DNA of 64,000 nucleotides from Obrimoposthia wandeli (lineage: Eukaryota), in contig CDROCS010003840.1 of assembly GCA_977020255.1 (NCBI GenBank), forward strand, positions 124,001-188,000, given 5' to 3'. Both the position numbers and the translations under genes were made by a program. The notes under the pieces are model-generated. The model saw only the letters and a list, made by a program, of their open reading frames with translations. It did no database searches and was not told where the DNA came from. The stretch's first letter is position 1. Each line of letters opens with the position of its first letter. Shown here piece after piece: positions 44,923 through 54,825 of this stretch.

Positions 44923-45402
44923 ATGTCTGTTAATGGTCGATTCAATATGCGTAATGCAGCGGCAGATACGTTTGCTATGGTTATTTTTAGCTTTATTACA
45001 GGCATGATGATTGAAGTTTTTGTGTCGGGTATGACCTTCGAGCAGTCTTTAGCATCACGAACCTTGTCGATTCCCGTTAACATTGCGATTGCATGGCCAT
45101 ACGGTGTGTTCCGCGATTACCTATTGCGTACGGGTTATCGATTATCTCCTTCTAGTTGGATGAAGGGTTTATCTGACATGGTGGCCTACGTATTGTTTCA
45201 GTCACCGGTTTATGCTTGTATTTTATTGGCTGTAGGTGCAGATACCGATCAAATCATTACCGCAGTAACAAGTAATGCTTTTGTTTCTGGTGCGTTGGGT
45301 ATTGTTTATGGTCAGTTCTTAGATGCATGCCGTCGTATGTTTAAAGTACCGGGCTACTGCCGTGATCTATCGCACCCAGAGCCTCAGCATCAAAAAATGT
45401 AA
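44923..45402 (+). CDS. alaE: L-alanine exporter AlaE
   Basis: ADTFAMVIF, SRTLSIPVNIAIAWPYGVFRD and FQSPVYA motifs. Confidence 0.92.
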   Translation: MSVNGRFNMRNAAADTFAMVIFSFITGMMIEVFVSGMTFEQSLASRTLSIPVNIAIAWPYGVFRDYLLRTGYRLSPSSWMKGLSDMVAYVLFQSPVYACILLAVGADTDQIITAVTSNAFVSGALGIVYGQFLDACRRMFKVPGYCRDLSHPEPQHQKM

Positions 45403-45490
45403 TCGTGTAATCAGCTCAAATAGAAAAGGCACCTTATTGGTGCCTTTGTTGTTTTTAGCGATTGTGTTTCTGATATTCGAGTTTTTATAT

Positions 45491-46366
45491 TTACGCTGTT
45501 TTCAAGTTCAGGTTGATCATTTCTATTGGAAATGTCTCGCTTGGTTCGACGAGTTCATTTTGGGCTAGAATGGTTTGCAATTCCCACTCGTTTAGCTGAT
45601 GAGTTTGTTTAAGAACGCCATAACAAGCATCATGGCAATGTTGGAATGCATGCATTGTTGAGTAACCTTTTAATAAACCCGCGGTGAACAACGAAGATAT
45701 CAGGTCTCCAACCCCAACGGGTTGCTGAGCAAACGTTAAATGAGGACGCTGGGCCAGAAAACAACCTTCGGGTGTGGCTAACAGCATGCTGAACTTATCG
45801 TCTGAAACACAATATAGATGCTTAACAAGAACAACTTTTGGACCTTTAGCTAAAGCAATGTTGCAAGCTTTCACTGCATCAGACAGCGTGTTGATTTCCA
45901 TTTGTGCAAATTGGCTGAGCTCGAATTGATTCGGCACGATAACATCTGCCATTGGCATTAAATGATTCACCAAGTATTCCGTAATGCCGGGAGCAACGAT
46001 ACAACCTTTATCGGGGGCTCCCATGACAGGATCACAGATGTACAAGGATGAAGGGTTTTTGGCCTTTACTTTTTCTACGGTTCTGATGACAGCCTCACAT
46101 TGTTCAGCACTTCCTTGATACCCGGTGAGAATTGCTTTACAACGCGTTAGCGCATCAATGTTATCAAGCCCCTGAACCAGCTCATCAATATCTGAGGCAG
46201 AGAAAGCACGTCCTGTCCAACCTTGTTTATATTGAGTATGATTAGAAAACTGAACCGTATGTATTGGCCATACTTCGAACCCCATTCTTTGCATCGGGAA
46301 AATAGCAGAGCTGTTTCCTGCGTGTCCGTAAGTAACATGTGATTGAATTGATAGAATGCCATGCAT
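45491..46366 (-). CDS. pdxY: Pyridoxal kinase PdxY
   Basis: [28 protein letters not shown] and GVGD motifs. Confidence 0.93.
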   Translation of the reverse strand: MHGILSIQSHVTYGHAGNSSAIFPMQRMGFEVWPIHTVQFSNHTQYKQGWTGRAFSASDIDELVQGLDNIDALTRCKAILTGYQGSAEQCEAVIRTVEKVKAKNPSSLYICDPVMGAPDKGCIVAPGITEYLVNHLMPMADVIVPNQFELSQFAQMEINTLSDAVKACNIALAKGPKVVLVKHLYCVSDDKFSMLLATPEGCFLAQRPHLTFAQQPVGVGDLISSLFTAGLLKGYSTMHAFQHCHDACYGVLKQTHQLNEWELQTILAQNELVEPSETFPIEMINLNLKTA

Positions 46367-46530
46367 AATATTTGCCTTTCTATAAGTAACTCAAGGGGGG
46401 ATCCAAATTGCGTATTGAGAATAATAGAAATAATCTAAAAAAGCATTTAGTAATTTGATTATTTTTATTTTAGGTGGAGTAACATAATTGTGGGTACTCA
46501 AGCTTAAAATATCTTTTAAAATTCTAAAAG

Positions 46531-46740
46531 TTATCGTGAGGTAATAACTTCAATTTCAACTTTTGCACTCAGGGGGAAGCTAGCCACTTCAACACAAGAG
46601 CTTTCTGGGAAAGTAGCATCGATATTTTGGCGTCTAATCCAGCGTCTTTGACAATCGCTAATACAGTATTAATAGCAACTATTGTATATTTCTATTTATT
46701 TAATAGGCTGGTTATCTCTGTTTTCTGGATTAGTGGAATA
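46531..46740 (-). pseudogene. ridA: Degraded RidA (YjgF/YER057c/UK114) remnant
   Basis: Minus-strand fragments VLAIVKDAGL and DATFPESSCVEVASFPLSAKVEIEVITSR-stop match E. coli RidA NVKAIVEAAGL and NATFPARSCVEVARLPKDVKIEIEAIAVRR. The fragments are in different frames. Confidence 0.8.
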
Positions 46741-46779
46741 AGATAACCAGCAATCATTATGAGATTGAATTATATTTGT

Positions 46780-48033
46780 TTAGCCTGTAAAAGCTGGAAG
46801 TATGCCTAACATAGACATGAAGTGGAACACGGCTGTTAAAAAACCAAAGCCAATGACTAAATAAATCATGACCTCACCACCTGGCGCTTTAAAGCCTTTA
46901 TTACCGTTCTCTAACGTGCGTGCCTTTCTCACGAGAAGTGCAGGAATAATACACGTCCAAACGGTTGCTGCAGCGCCAGCATAGCCAATGACAATGACAA
47001 AACCAAATGGGAATAGCAATGATAGGATCAAAGGTGGTATGAAAGTCACCAGCCACGTTTTTGTACGACCTTGTTTGTTGTCTTCGAACTTGAACAGATC
47101 TGCCAAATAGTCAAACACCCCAAGTCCAACACCAATGAAGGAAGATAGAATCGCCGCCATTGAGAAGATATTGATCGCATGCGCCACTTTTTCAGATTCA
47201 ATAACTGAGCCTAACGCGGTTAATAGTGCATCTACGTTACCGCCTTGCTCAATCACAGGTCCAAATTGGCTTCTAGGCAGGTTTCCATAAATGCTGAACA
47301 ACCATAGGAAATATAGACCTAACGCGATTACTGTGCCGCCCAAAATCGCGTATTTCGCTTTTTGCTCTTCGCCGTAATAAGCACGCATTGAAGCCACAGA
47401 ATGGTGATAACCAAACGATGTCAAAGCGACTGGCAGCATCGCCATTGCGTAGGGTGCGTAGCTCGCTTTTTCATTGATGGTGTTAAACAAGATGGACATA
47501 TCTACTTTGATCGCCAGCCCTGACACACCAAATACAAAGCTTAAGACCATAAATGCGATTAGAACTACGGAAATTCGGTCTACTGCTCGAGTTGAGTGCC
47601 AAACGAAGGATGAAAACACCAAAACAAACAAAATAGAGGTAATTTTGCTATCGAGGTCCAAAATATCTTGAAGGATAAGGCCTGAAGATGTGATGTAGGC
47701 GTACAGTAAAATACCTCCGACAAAATACACAGCCAGGTTATTGAACATGTTGACTTTATCACCAAGCATGTCTTTGGTTACCGTGTTGAAAGATACTTTT
47801 AAGTCATAATGCTTAAAAGCTTCTAGCAGCATCCAACCCGAAACGGTCATTACGACCATTGTTACTGTAATCGCGAAAACTGACCAAGTAGTCCATGCTC
47901 CCGCCCCTGCGCTTGGGAGCCCCAGCATGCCCGCACCAACGCAGACACTGGCAATAATACATGCCCCTCCTATTAATGACGGATGTTTTTCCTTAACACT
48001 GTCGCTTGATACTAATGACGGATTCTGTTCCAT
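46780..48033 (-). CDS. tnaB: Tryptophan permease (TnaB/Mtr family)
   Basis: CVGAGMLGLP and TSFGYHHSV motifs; directly downstream of tnaA. Confidence 0.88.
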   Translation of the reverse strand: MEQNPSLVSSDSVKEKHPSLIGGACIIASVCVGAGMLGLPSAGAGAWTTWSVFAITVTMVVMTVSGWMLLEAFKHYDLKVSFNTVTKDMLGDKVNMFNNLAVYFVGGILLYAYITSSGLILQDILDLDSKITSILFVLVFSSFVWHSTRAVDRISVVLIAFMVLSFVFGVSGLAIKVDMSILFNTINEKASYAPYAMAMLPVALTSFGYHHSVASMRAYYGEEQKAKYAILGGTVIALGLYFLWLFSIYGNLPRSQFGPVIEQGGNVDALLTALGSVIESEKVAHAINIFSMAAILSSFIGVGLGVFDYLADLFKFEDNKQGRTKTWLVTFIPPLILSLLFPFGFVIVIGYAGAAATVWTCIIPALLVRKARTLENGNKGFKAPGGEVMIYLVIGFGFLTAVFHFMSMLGILPAFTG

Positions 48034-48147
48034 AATTCAGTCACTCTTGTAATTTCACGTTATTGGATTTATCACCCTAAACTGTTTTATTTTATTCTGT
48101 GTTTAGGAAAAAGAGCGCCACCGTAGGGGGGCGCTCTTTGATTGTGA

Positions 48148-49614
48148 TTAAGCTTCTTCTAGAACCTTGGTTTCCTTTTCCGCTGCTTTTTGTACTGGCT
48201 CAACTTCTTTGAGTCGAGCAGTAAAGTGACGAAGCACTGCTGGCTCATAAGTAAAATCAAGCCCTTTCACATTTGCTGCGTTTTCCTTCACTTTTTGGAA
48301 CGCTTCTATAACGAAATCCATATGCGTTTGAGTGTAGGTCGCACGTGGGATAGTCAAACGAAGTAGCTCGGCAGGACAAGGATGTTGCTTGCCTGTCGCT
48401 GGATCGCGACCTAGTAATAGAGAGCCGATTTCAACGGCGCGGATACCCGCAACTTTATAGAGTTCGCAAGCAAGAGCATGCGCTGGGAACTGCTCGGTAG
48501 AAATGTGTGGAAGCAGCTTACCTGCGTCAACGAATGCCGCGTGGCCACCCGCTTGCTGACATACGACACCGATAGTTTCTAGACCGTCTACAAGGTATTG
48601 AACTTGACCAATACGGTATGCAAGCCACTCTTGACGCATGCCGTCATACAGGCCAACAGCAAGACGCTCCATCGCACCGCCTTCTAAACCACCGTAAGTT
48701 GGGAAACCTTCTTGAATCACACACAAAGTACGACACTCTGTATATGCATCCATCATGGACTCATCTTTGAAGCAAAGTAGGCCACCCATCTGTACCATGG
48801 CATCTTTCTTTGCAGACATAGCTAGGCCGTCAGCATACTTATAGGATTCACGTGTAATTTCTTCGATAGTCCAACCTTTGTAAGCCTCTTCACGTTGTTG
48901 AATAAAGTAGGCGTTCTCAGCGTAACGAGCGGAGTCCATAATCACTGGAATGTCATATTTCTGAGCGATCTCATACACCGCTTTTAGGTTAGCGATAGAA
49001 ACGGGCTGACCACCTGCAGAGTTACAGGTAATGGTACTCACAATGTACGGTACGTTTACAGGGTCGGCGGCAAGGATCGCTTCTTCTAGCTTGACGAGGT
49101 CAAAGTTACCTTTGAAATCGGCATTGACCGAGGTATCAAACGCATCTTCTGTATACACATTTTTCGCCACGCAACAATTTACTTGAGTGTGACCTTGTGT
49201 TGTATCAAAGAAGTAGTTAGACAGTGCTACCATTTTGCTACGATCTAGTCCCTTCTCTATTTCACGTTTCTTAATAAGGACAGGAATGTAGATTTGCTCG
49301 GCACCACGACCTTGGTGAGTCGGAATGGTTAATTCATAACCAAAGATATCTTTTACCGCGTTCGCAAGTGCGTAGTAGCTGCGGCTACCACTGTATGCTT
49401 CATCGCCACGGAACATCGCGGCTTGCATTTCTTGAGTAATTGCCCCCGTTCCACTGTCAGTAAGCAGGTCAATGAATACATCTTCACTATCTAGCAGGAA
49501 TGGGTTCATACCCGCTTTTAAAATAGCTTCATCGCGATATTCACGAGTAGTGCGTTTTACTGGCTCAATAACACGGATACGGAATGGTTCAGGTAAATGC
49601 TTAAAGTTTTCCAT
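48148..49614 (-). CDS. tnaA: Tryptophanase
   Basis: [22 protein letters not shown] and MSAKKD (PLP lysine) motifs. Confidence 0.97.
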   Translation of the reverse strand: MENFKHLPEPFRIRVIEPVKRTTREYRDEAILKAGMNPFLLDSEDVFIDLLTDSGTGAITQEMQAAMFRGDEAYSGSRSYYALANAVKDIFGYELTIPTHQGRGAEQIYIPVLIKKREIEKGLDRSKMVALSNYFFDTTQGHTQVNCCVAKNVYTEDAFDTSVNADFKGNFDLVKLEEAILAADPVNVPYIVSTITCNSAGGQPVSIANLKAVYEIAQKYDIPVIMDSARYAENAYFIQQREEAYKGWTIEEITRESYKYADGLAMSAKKDAMVQMGGLLCFKDESMMDAYTECRTLCVIQEGFPTYGGLEGGAMERLAVGLYDGMRQEWLAYRIGQVQYLVDGLETIGVVCQQAGGHAAFVDAGKLLPHISTEQFPAHALACELYKVAGIRAVEIGSLLLGRDPATGKQHPCPAELLRLTIPRATYTQTHMDFVIEAFQKVKENAANVKGLDFTYEPAVLRHFTARLKEVEPVQKAAEKETKVLEEA

Positions 49615-49812
49615 AATAATGCCTTTACTTTTATTTGGTGTTTTATTTCACCAGAAATTAATATTTGGTTTTTATGTCGCTAACATTCAAATTAATATCA
49701 TGCCTTCAACGTTATCTGACACTTTTATTTTACTGTGAGTAAAGCTGCGTCAAATAAATAACGAAATATAGGTGTATTAATTTCGCCTCAAAGAAAAGAG
49801 ACGTAAATGTTT

Positions 49813-49917
49813 CTATATATAATATAAAGGGAAGTAGTAAGATATTTTGTGATCTTCAATATACCATGGCTTTAGCGATGAAAATATTGAATGTTGCCAT
49901 TTGAAATACATGTTCAT
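49813..49917 (-). CDS. tnaC: TnaC-like leader peptide, tnaA-proximal (34 aa): MNMYFKWQHSIFSSLKPWYIEDHKISYYFPLYYI
   Basis: W18, D22, I25 and P30 reproduce the spacing of E. coli W12, D16, I19 and P24. Ends 198 nt before tnaA. Confidence 0.85.
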   Translation of the reverse strand: MNMYFKWQHSIFSSLKPWYIEDHKISYYFPLYYI

Positions 49918-50083
49918 TTTATGTGCTCACATAAAAATCAAAATAAAATCAACAGTCAGCATTATAAGTTAAATACATTAAAGCACCTTTGCTTTCACAA
50001 ATGTAATGTAACCTAAATAACACCAAAAGTTAGTTGTTAGAATGTATTGAATTATTGAGGCGTATAAAAATCGCCTCTATATT

Positions 50084-50182
50084 TTATATAGAAGATAACT
50101 GAAAGGATAGTATATGGTCTACGTTATACCAGGCTAACAAAGTTAGCGCCGAAGTTGATTTCCATTTGAGGTACACGTTCAT
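50084..50182 (-). CDS. Second TnaC-like leader peptide, distal (32 aa): MNVYLKWKSTSALTLLAWYNVDHILSFQLSSI
   Basis: WYNVD resembles E. coli WFNID; same register as the proximal copy; AGGA RBS; Ser at the Pro position. Confidence 0.7.
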   Translation of the reverse strand: MNVYLKWKSTSALTLLAWYNVDHILSFQLSSI

Positions 50183-50342
50183 TTTATGTCCTATATGAAA
50201 AAGCAATGCTTTAAATGTATAAAAAAAGTATCCTATAATTATATTAATAAATATATACTAATTATCAATAAATGTGACCAAGGGCGGCAAAAAGTCGCGT
50301 GTGAAAATTGAAAGGTTGTCATGTTGTGAGCAAAGTCAAGTG

Positions 50343-50596
50343 TATACCCAAGTTACCTCAAGATGCTCGTTTCAGCGAGAATTTGTTGGGCTCTAGGCAA
50401 GGCACTTATTTATAAACCGAGTTGTTCTACGTTGAAAATAAGTAACACCGCATAGAGCCCAACAAAACTCGCCCTTCGGGAGTGATTCAGCGTATCTACT
50501 TCTGTGTCAAATGTGTTTGAAAGGGAATGCCATTCCTACACACATTTCCCTTGAATTAAACACGCTGAGTCACTCTGAATCCTGCATCTGGGTATA
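50343..50596. mobile_element. ERIC-like MITE (non-autonomous, highly structured)
   Basis: TATACCCA...TGGGTATA termini and AGATGC/GCATCT. Internal inverted repeats TTGTTGGGCTCTA/TAGAGCCCAACAA and GAGTGATTCAGCGT/ACGCTGAGTCACTC. Confidence 0.8.
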
Positions 50597-50629
50597 GTGC
50601 TTTTTAGATGCGATCAGATTACCGAATAA

Positions 50630-53600
50630 CTATTTAGCAAAAGGGTGCGCCATTTGATCTTTTATCGATACTTCCAACTGAGGTGACGCAATGGAGATAT
50701 CATGTTTGATGAATTTATTTTTGATTCGGCAATGTAAGTCATGCGTTAACCCTAAACGATGCCCTGTTTCTGCCGCATAAGCACGCACTTCAAAGTTCTG
50801 GCAGTTTGCCGTTAGCCCTAAAAAGAACACTTCAGGTGCGGGGTTATCCAGTACTAATTCACATTCATCGGCGGCTTCAAATAATAACTGGGTAACTAAT
50901 TCGCTATCAGATAAATATTGAACACTGATTGTAAGTGTTACTCGAGTAATGGCATCTGATAGTGACCAGTTAATAAACTGCTCGGTAACAAAGGATTTAT
51001 TGGGCACGATGACTTCTTTGCGATCCCAATCTACGATGGTTGTTGCGCGAGTTTTAATTTTTGCTACGACACCAGTCAATTCCCTAATGGTGACGGTATC
51101 GCCAATTCGAATTGGTTTCTCGAATAAAATAATGATACCTGAAATAAAATTAGCAAAGATTTCCTGCATACCAAAGCCGATACCAACACCCAGTGCCGCA
51201 ACCAGCCATTGCATTTTACTCCAATCGAAACCAATCAACCCAGAGCCGATAATGATACCAGTGAAGATAGCAAAGTAGCGGGTGAGGGACGTTATGGCAT
51301 AACCAGTACCAGGACTAAGATCAAGGTGTTGGAGTATCAGTAGTTCCATTGCGCCGGGTAAATCTCGCGCGAGAATACCTGTTAAGAAGATAGCGAGAAT
51401 GGCCAGTAAAACACTTTTAATTGTAATAGCGCTGAGTTGTTCAATGCCATTAATAGTACTTGTCACATCCCACAGTGAAATATCTTCAAGTAGGGTGATC
51501 GCTTGATATAAGTCGTCCCATATCAATGACAATATGGCGACATAAATAAGTAATAACAATGAACGTAATAAACGTAAAGATTGCGCGCTAATTCTATCAA
51601 GATCAACTTCTGGTTCTTCTATTTCAATCTGTAATTCACTGCTTATTGGGGCATCATCTTTGTCTTCAAGTACTTCAGCTTGTCGTTGAGCGATTATTTC
51701 TTGTCGTTTTATTTTTGCTCGCTCGAAAGCCAAACGGCGTTTTTGAATGAGCATCAAACGCTTTACTAAGTAATAAATAAGCAGAGTAACAACCCCGATA
51801 ACGGCGGACATTTCCATCTTATTCATGACAATTTGAGATGAACCTAAATAACCATTTAAAGCCGCATAGTTTAAACATTGAGGGATTAGAATCAGTGTCC
51901 ACCAAAAAATGTGGTGACCAATATGTGCTTTACCTTCAGGTACATCACCGTAAGTCATCGGTAATTTTACTTGCCACATACGCCAATGAAAATAACTGAC
52001 AGCAATATTACTGATAATGAAGGCTAACCGTCCGAGAGTGCCACTGATATCAATATCACTATAAAGGTAGGTGAAGTTTTGAATCACCATCATCGGCAGG
52101 TAGATCCATAATAGATTCCGATAATGTAAAAATGTTTTGTTTACGACACTTTCATCCCAATTAAAGTGGCTGATAAATAAGCCATTATCTCTAACTATTT
52201 CACGCATGAAACAATAAACAACTAAAGCCAAAGGTAATGAGAGGGCTTGGCCTAAATGATGAACAAAAGGATATTGCCAAGCTGAACTGAGTAAAATACC
52301 GGTTATAGCAATAATAATGGGTACGGGCCAAGCAAGGCAGAAAGAGAGAAAAACATTGATATAGCTGTAACTGAATTTGTCTTGTGTCACCTTTCCTATT
52401 TTTTTACTCGTTTTCTCAAGGTATTTAAGCCACCTGCTGCGACACCAACTTAAACCCATAATAATAAGGGTGATAATACCCAGACCAATAAATAGCTTTA
52501 GTTTTTCTATTACGGCCGGGGCTTTTAATAAATCAACCCATTGGAATGGAGAGAAAAACCATTTTAGTTTCTCCCATGTGTCGGTAATGAGGTTAAGGCT
52601 AAATGTTTTGGCATCTGGTGCCCAAAAAAGCCGCTTTGTAGCTTCGGTTTTTAAATCAATAAGCATGTTATTTAACCGATCAAAAGCCACGGTTAATGTT
52701 GCTTGTTGGTAGATTAAAGTATCTGAAGCCGCTGTTACTTTTTGTAATAAAGCCAAATTAGTACTGATGAGTTTCTTTGCCGTTTTTTGTTGTTCTGGTG
52801 TGAGAGTCTCAATTTCAGTGAGGTTTTTTGCACGTTCAGATAAAACATCGTGTTGTTGTTGATACTCATATTTATTGATTTGGTTCTGAGCAATGTTTTT
52901 GTTTAAGGCTTCAATAGGAGGGTTAGAGGGTAAACGATCTATTCGGGTTCGAAGGCTTTCACTGAATGCAGGGCTTAGCTTAAGCCATTCAGACATCATA
53001 TCTAAGTCATCAGCTGTTTTAGAGACGATGGTGATTTGTTCATTCGTTGTTTTTATCTGTTGCTGTACTTGCTCTCTTTTCGTAGAGAAGCTACCAAATG
53101 AAGATGACAGTCGTTGATTTGTTACAATTAACTGACGAAGTACTGGTGGCTGATCAATTAAATTTTCTTGTAACTCATCACTGTTTTCAATGTTTGTATC
53201 AGCGCTGGTTCGAAGTACGCGGTTCAGCATATTTTGCAAGTTATTGCGGTAGGCCTGACGAGCTTCAATTTCTAAATTGGCATAGGTGATTTTTAATTTA
53301 GTTAACGTACGGCGATTACCTGAACTAAGTTGTTCGGCTTCCAGCATAAAGACTTGGCTGATATAAAATTGTTGTTCGATTTTTAATAACAGGCTTTCAT
53401 TCAGAGCAGTAGTATCGCTACTGTCATGCTGAGTATTTGCTAGCTGCGTTTCTACTTTTTTTATTTTTACTCGAAGCGCTTCTGATTGATAAGAAAACTC
53501 ATCAATTCCATGTTCAATTTCAAGTAGAAGATTTTTGTCATTTTTTCGTGTTACTTCTAATTGAACTAAAGCGCTGTCTTGATCGGCAATTTCAAGGGTT

Positions 53601-53938
53601 AATTCTTCTTTGCCCCACTCAAAAAAAACAGGGAATTCAGTTGAAGAGTAAGCGGCAATTTTTTGTTTTAATTTATCGGCTTCTTGCGGGAATGTTTCGG
53701 TAACCAGCTGATACTGACGTGTTCTAATATTAAATTCTTTGGTTTTATCAATCTGATTTTGTGCTTGTAAATAGCTATCAAGTTCTTTGATTGTTTCGGG
53801 GGTGTTCGGTAATTGGTTAAGTTCTTCAACTTTGCTGGTTAACGCAGCCTGAGAATCTTCAATCTCGTCTGCTATCGACGAAAATGCAGTAAGAAGAGAC
53901 AGAAAGAGGAAAAAGAGAAAGTGGTGCGCTTTTAACAT
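50630..53938 (-). CDS. Large MscS-family mechanosensitive channel (MscM/MscK-like)
   Basis: Periplasmic coiled coil, TM region, GIGFGMQEIFANFISG and IVPNKSF motifs. Confidence 0.9.
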   Translation of the reverse strand: MLKAHHFLFFLFLSLLTAFSSIADEIEDSQAALTSKVEELNQLPNTPETIKELDSYLQAQNQIDKTKEFNIRTRQYQLVTETFPQEADKLKQKIAAYSSTEFPVFFEWGKEELTLEIADQDSALVQLEVTRKNDKNLLLEIEHGIDEFSYQSEALRVKIKKVETQLANTQHDSSDTTALNESLLLKIEQQFYISQVFMLEAEQLSSGNRRTLTKLKITYANLEIEARQAYRNNLQNMLNRVLRTSADTNIENSDELQENLIDQPPVLRQLIVTNQRLSSSFGSFSTKREQVQQQIKTTNEQITIVSKTADDLDMMSEWLKLSPAFSESLRTRIDRLPSNPPIEALNKNIAQNQINKYEYQQQHDVLSERAKNLTEIETLTPEQQKTAKKLISTNLALLQKVTAASDTLIYQQATLTVAFDRLNNMLIDLKTEATKRLFWAPDAKTFSLNLITDTWEKLKWFFSPFQWVDLLKAPAVIEKLKLFIGLGIITLIIMGLSWCRSRWLKYLEKTSKKIGKVTQDKFSYSYINVFLSFCLAWPVPIIIAITGILLSSAWQYPFVHHLGQALSLPLALVVYCFMREIVRDNGLFISHFNWDESVVNKTFLHYRNLLWIYLPMMVIQNFTYLYSDIDISGTLGRLAFIISNIAVSYFHWRMWQVKLPMTYGDVPEGKAHIGHHIFWWTLILIPQCLNYAALNGYLGSSQIVMNKMEMSAVIGVVTLLIYYLVKRLMLIQKRRLAFERAKIKRQEIIAQRQAEVLEDKDDAPISSELQIEIEEPEVDLDRISAQSLRLLRSLLLLIYVAILSLIWDDLYQAITLLEDISLWDVTSTINGIEQLSAITIKSVLLAILAIFLTGILARDLPGAMELLILQHLDLSPGTGYAITSLTRYFAIFTGIIIGSGLIGFDWSKMQWLVAALGVGIGFGMQEIFANFISGIIILFEKPIRIGDTVTIRELTGVVAKIKTRATTIVDWDRKEVIVPNKSFVTEQFINWSLSDAITRVTLTISVQYLSDSELVTQLLFEAADECELVLDNPAPEVFFLGLTANCQNFEVRAYAAETGHRLGLTHDLHCRIKNKFIKHDISIASPQLEVSIKDQMAHPFAK

Positions 53939-54181
53939 AGATATGCCTATATAGAATCCATAATCATGAAGGCTCTAAACCATAAACTTACGATTAAACG
54001 TATTGAATTACTTCAAAATAAAAGTGTAGCAGTGAATAAATAGAATTGATTGGATTAAGAATAAGGCGAATTGGGCTAATAGTCGACAAACGAGAGTGGT
54101 TTGAAGAAAACCCCTTGACCCTATCGACCTAAAACATTACATTAGCCGCCGTTGAGACGTAGAGCGTCTTGGCAACAATGT

Positions 54182-54269
54182 GGTGAGGTGTCCGAGTGGC
54201 TGAAGGAGCACGCCTGGAAAGCGTGTATACGGCAACGTATCGAGGGTTCGAATCCCTCCCTCACCGCCA
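54182..54269 (+). tRNA. tRNA-Ser (GGA), second copy
   Basis: Differs by one base from 42948-43035; encoded CCA. Confidence 0.97.
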
Positions 54270-54293
54270 TATCTCTTTTAGAGATATAAAAAC

Positions 54294-54384
54294 GGAGAGA
54301 TGGCTGAGTGGTCGAAAGCACTGGTCTTGAAAACCAGCAAGGGTTTATAGCCCTTCTAGGGTTCAAATCCCTATCTCTCCGCCA
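54294..54384 (+). tRNA. tRNA-Ser (TGA)
   Basis: 91 nt, anticodon arm GGTCTTGAAAACC, variable arm, encoded CCA. Confidence 0.95.
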
Positions 54385-54649
54385 CATTCAAAGAAACCGC
54401 TAATTTATTAGCGGTTTTTTTACGTCTGAAGTTTGCCAATAAGATAGGGATGCAGAATCCTAGATTGGGTTCACCTGAGCGAAGCGAAAGCACATTGCTC
54501 GTACCGAAGGTGCGAAAAGGCAATAGCCCGAAGGGTACGAGCTTGCGAGTAATAAATCCCTATCTCTCCGCCACATTCAAAGAAACCGCTAATTTATTAG
54601 CGGTTTTTTTACGTCTGAAGTTTGCCAATAAGATAGGGATGCAGAATCC
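54365..54649 (+). repeat. tRNA-linked direct repeat: 96 bp twice, 189-bp period
   Basis: 54365-54460 equals 54554-54649; each copy holds the last 20 nt of tRNA-Ser(TGA) plus a terminator. Confidence 0.9.
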
Positions 54650-54825
54650 CCCCGCATTTTTCCCCCTATACTTCGTTGTCCCAAAAGTGAGAAAGTAACT
54701 TACACTTAATACAGAATAGTCGCAGGCTATTAATCAACTTAGTTCGTGTAATATCAATTGGTCTGTTATATCAATTGGTTTCGACATTCTCTTGTTTGAT
54801 TATGCCGTGAAAATGAGCCTTATCT

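Noticed and set aside
49615-49812. A third tnaC-like copy at the next 265-bp step
   Set aside because: No W-x3-D ORF and no ACATAAAATGAAC start found; this is the normal leader-to-tnaA spacer.
50270-50295. CRP site for the tna promoter
   Set aside because: Only one good half-site (TGTGA...CGGCA). CRP control is plausible from E. coli but not supportable from this sequence.
43036-54181. Genomic island bounded by the two tRNA-Ser(GGA) genes
   Set aside because: Both are complete tRNAs with their own promoter regions, there is no integrase, and the cargo is ordinary chromosomal genes.
54142-54698. ORFs 54142-54387 (-) and 54450-54698 (+)
   Set aside because: They overlap tRNA genes or the tRNA-linked repeat and show no protein features.
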